Translations under genes and position numbers: made by a program | The notes under the pieces: model-generated | Told to the model about the DNA's origin: nothing | The model's database searches: none | What the model saw: the letters and a program-made list of their open reading frames with translations, nothing else | Origin: an uncultured Actinomycetes bacterium | Lineage (GTDB): Bacteria > Actinomycetota > Thermoleophilia > UBA2241 | Assembly: GCA_963725665.1 (NCBI GenBank) | Contig: CAVRZA010000006.1 | Location: 32,001-96,000 of the forward strand | Reading direction: 5' to 3' | DNA length: 64,000 bases | Shown here: in pieces, positions 63,034 to 64,000 of the stretch | How the letters are laid out: the number at the start of each line of letters is the position of its first letter | Numbering within the stretch: the stretch's first letter is position 1

Positions 63034-63696
63034 CTACTGCACCCAGGTCACCAGCTCGTCTAAGCCCGCGCGGGTGCGCTCGAAGCGGTTGGCCGCTGCC
63101 TCATAGTCGGGGTGGCCAAGCGTGACGCCGACCACGAACCGCTTGCCGTCGCTCCCCGGCAGCAGCTCGCGCAGCAGCTCCGGGTAGCGCACGATGGTGG
63201 CCACGATACAGGTGCCCAAGCCCCTGTCGTAGGCGGCGAGACAGACGCTCTGCACGAGCGACCCGGTGTCGAAAGAGGCGTACTCGGGCGCGAGGCAGTC
63301 CTCGATGCCGAACGCCAGCAGACAGGGAGCGCCGAACAGGTTGGCCATGCGCGCCAGGGCGGCCGCCGGGTCGGTGGCCTCGCCGGCGGCCGCCAGCGAG
63401 GCCGCCCGGGCCTGCATCATGCTGGTCGTCCTCGCCGAACACGCCGCCGGCCAGTCGTTGGTGGGCACGAAGTCGGGGCTCGGCGGTTCGCCGTCGTCTA
63501 CCGCGCTCTTGAAGCGCTCCTTGAAGCGCTTCAGCGCCTCGCCGGTGACGACCCAGATGCTCCACGCCTGCGTGTTGCGCCACGAGGGCGACCAGCGCGC
63601 CTCGTCGAGGATCTCCTCGATCAGCTCGCGCGCGACGGGCTCAGCGGTGTAGGCGCGGATGCTGCGCCGTCCGCGCAGCACCGTCTCGAATTCCAT
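63034..63696 (-). CDS. Nitroreductase-family flavoprotein
   Basis: RRSIRAY, SPSWRNTQAW, DTGSLVQSVCLAAYDRGLGTC, LGHP. Confidence 0.88.
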   Translation of the reverse strand: MEFETVLRGRRSIRAYTAEPVARELIEEILDEARWSPSWRNTQAWSIWVVTGEALKRFKERFKSAVDDGEPPSPDFVPTNDWPAACSARTTSMMQARAASLAAAGEATDPAAALARMANLFGAPCLLAFGIEDCLAPEYASFDTGSLVQSVCLAAYDRGLGTCIVATIVRYPELLRELLPGSDGKRFVVGVTLGHPDYEAAANRFERTRAGLDELVTWVQ

Positions 63697-63771
63697 CCGT
63701 CCTCCAAACGTCCACAGGCCTGCCGACGCCGACAGGGCGCCGCGCGGCGCTGCGCCGCGCGGCGCCGACTC

Positions 63772-64000
63772 CTATCCCGCCTGGCGCACGGGCAGCGCGC
63801 CCAGTGTGACACTCTCGCCAAGCGTCACCGGCATGCTCAGCGACTGGTAGCCGGCGCCCGCGAGCGTGAGCGTGTACTCCCGGCCGGGTTCGAGCTTGTC
63901 GATCAGGAAGGTGCCGTAGTTGTCGGTCGTCGCTCGGCCGATCTCCCGGCCGTCGAGGGACACAACGGCCGTGACCCCCTCGGCACACTCGTCGCGCGCC
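63772..64000 (-). CDS. C-terminus of a third BthL-like beta subunit, 5' cut off by the window edge
   Basis: Open to the edge: ARDECAEGVTAVVSLDGREIGRATTDNYGTFLIDKLEPG...VTLG, like the C-termini of both other beta subunits. Confidence 0.7.
   Translation of the reverse strand, partial: ARDECAEGVTAVVSLDGREIGRATTDNYGTFLIDKLEPGREYTLTLAGAGYQSLSMPVTLGESVTLGALPVRQAG

Overview
High-GC bacterial DNA, almost all coding. The PASTA kinase, lipoproteins and gene content suggest an anaerobic or facultative Actinomycetota-like organism (inference only). Many genes are split by single-base indels, most likely long-read errors, so several coordinates are approximate. About 10.4-64 kb reads as a large anaerobic hydroxy-aromatic catabolic island. 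(1) An IclR-SDR-3HCDH-cyclase-cupin-BKACE-ABC-HisD-like block resembles the anaerobic phloroglucinol pathway. (2) Two complete pyrogallol transhydroxylase (AthL/BthL)-like Mo-enzyme pairs are present, plus the tail of a third beta subunit at the right edge. (3) The second pair appears co-transcribed with an NrfC/NrfD module and a Cys-ligated, catechol-dehydroxylase/acetylene-hydratase-like Mo enzyme. (4) A PLP aromatic amino-acid decarboxylase, class III aminotransferase, W-type AOR, Fe-ADH, MoaF, thiolases, CoA-transferase and ADP-forming acyl-CoA ligase are also present. Three near-paralogous IclR genes and a recurring GATAT-N4-ATATC palindrome (6 sites) suggest one regulon. The first 10 kb holds an NDH-2, a sulfatase with its radical-SAM maturase, a KcsA-like channel, an antiporter and a PASTA-domain pseudokinase. 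I saw no rRNA, tRNA, CRISPR array or transposase. Comparisons to named proteins are from memory, not database searches.
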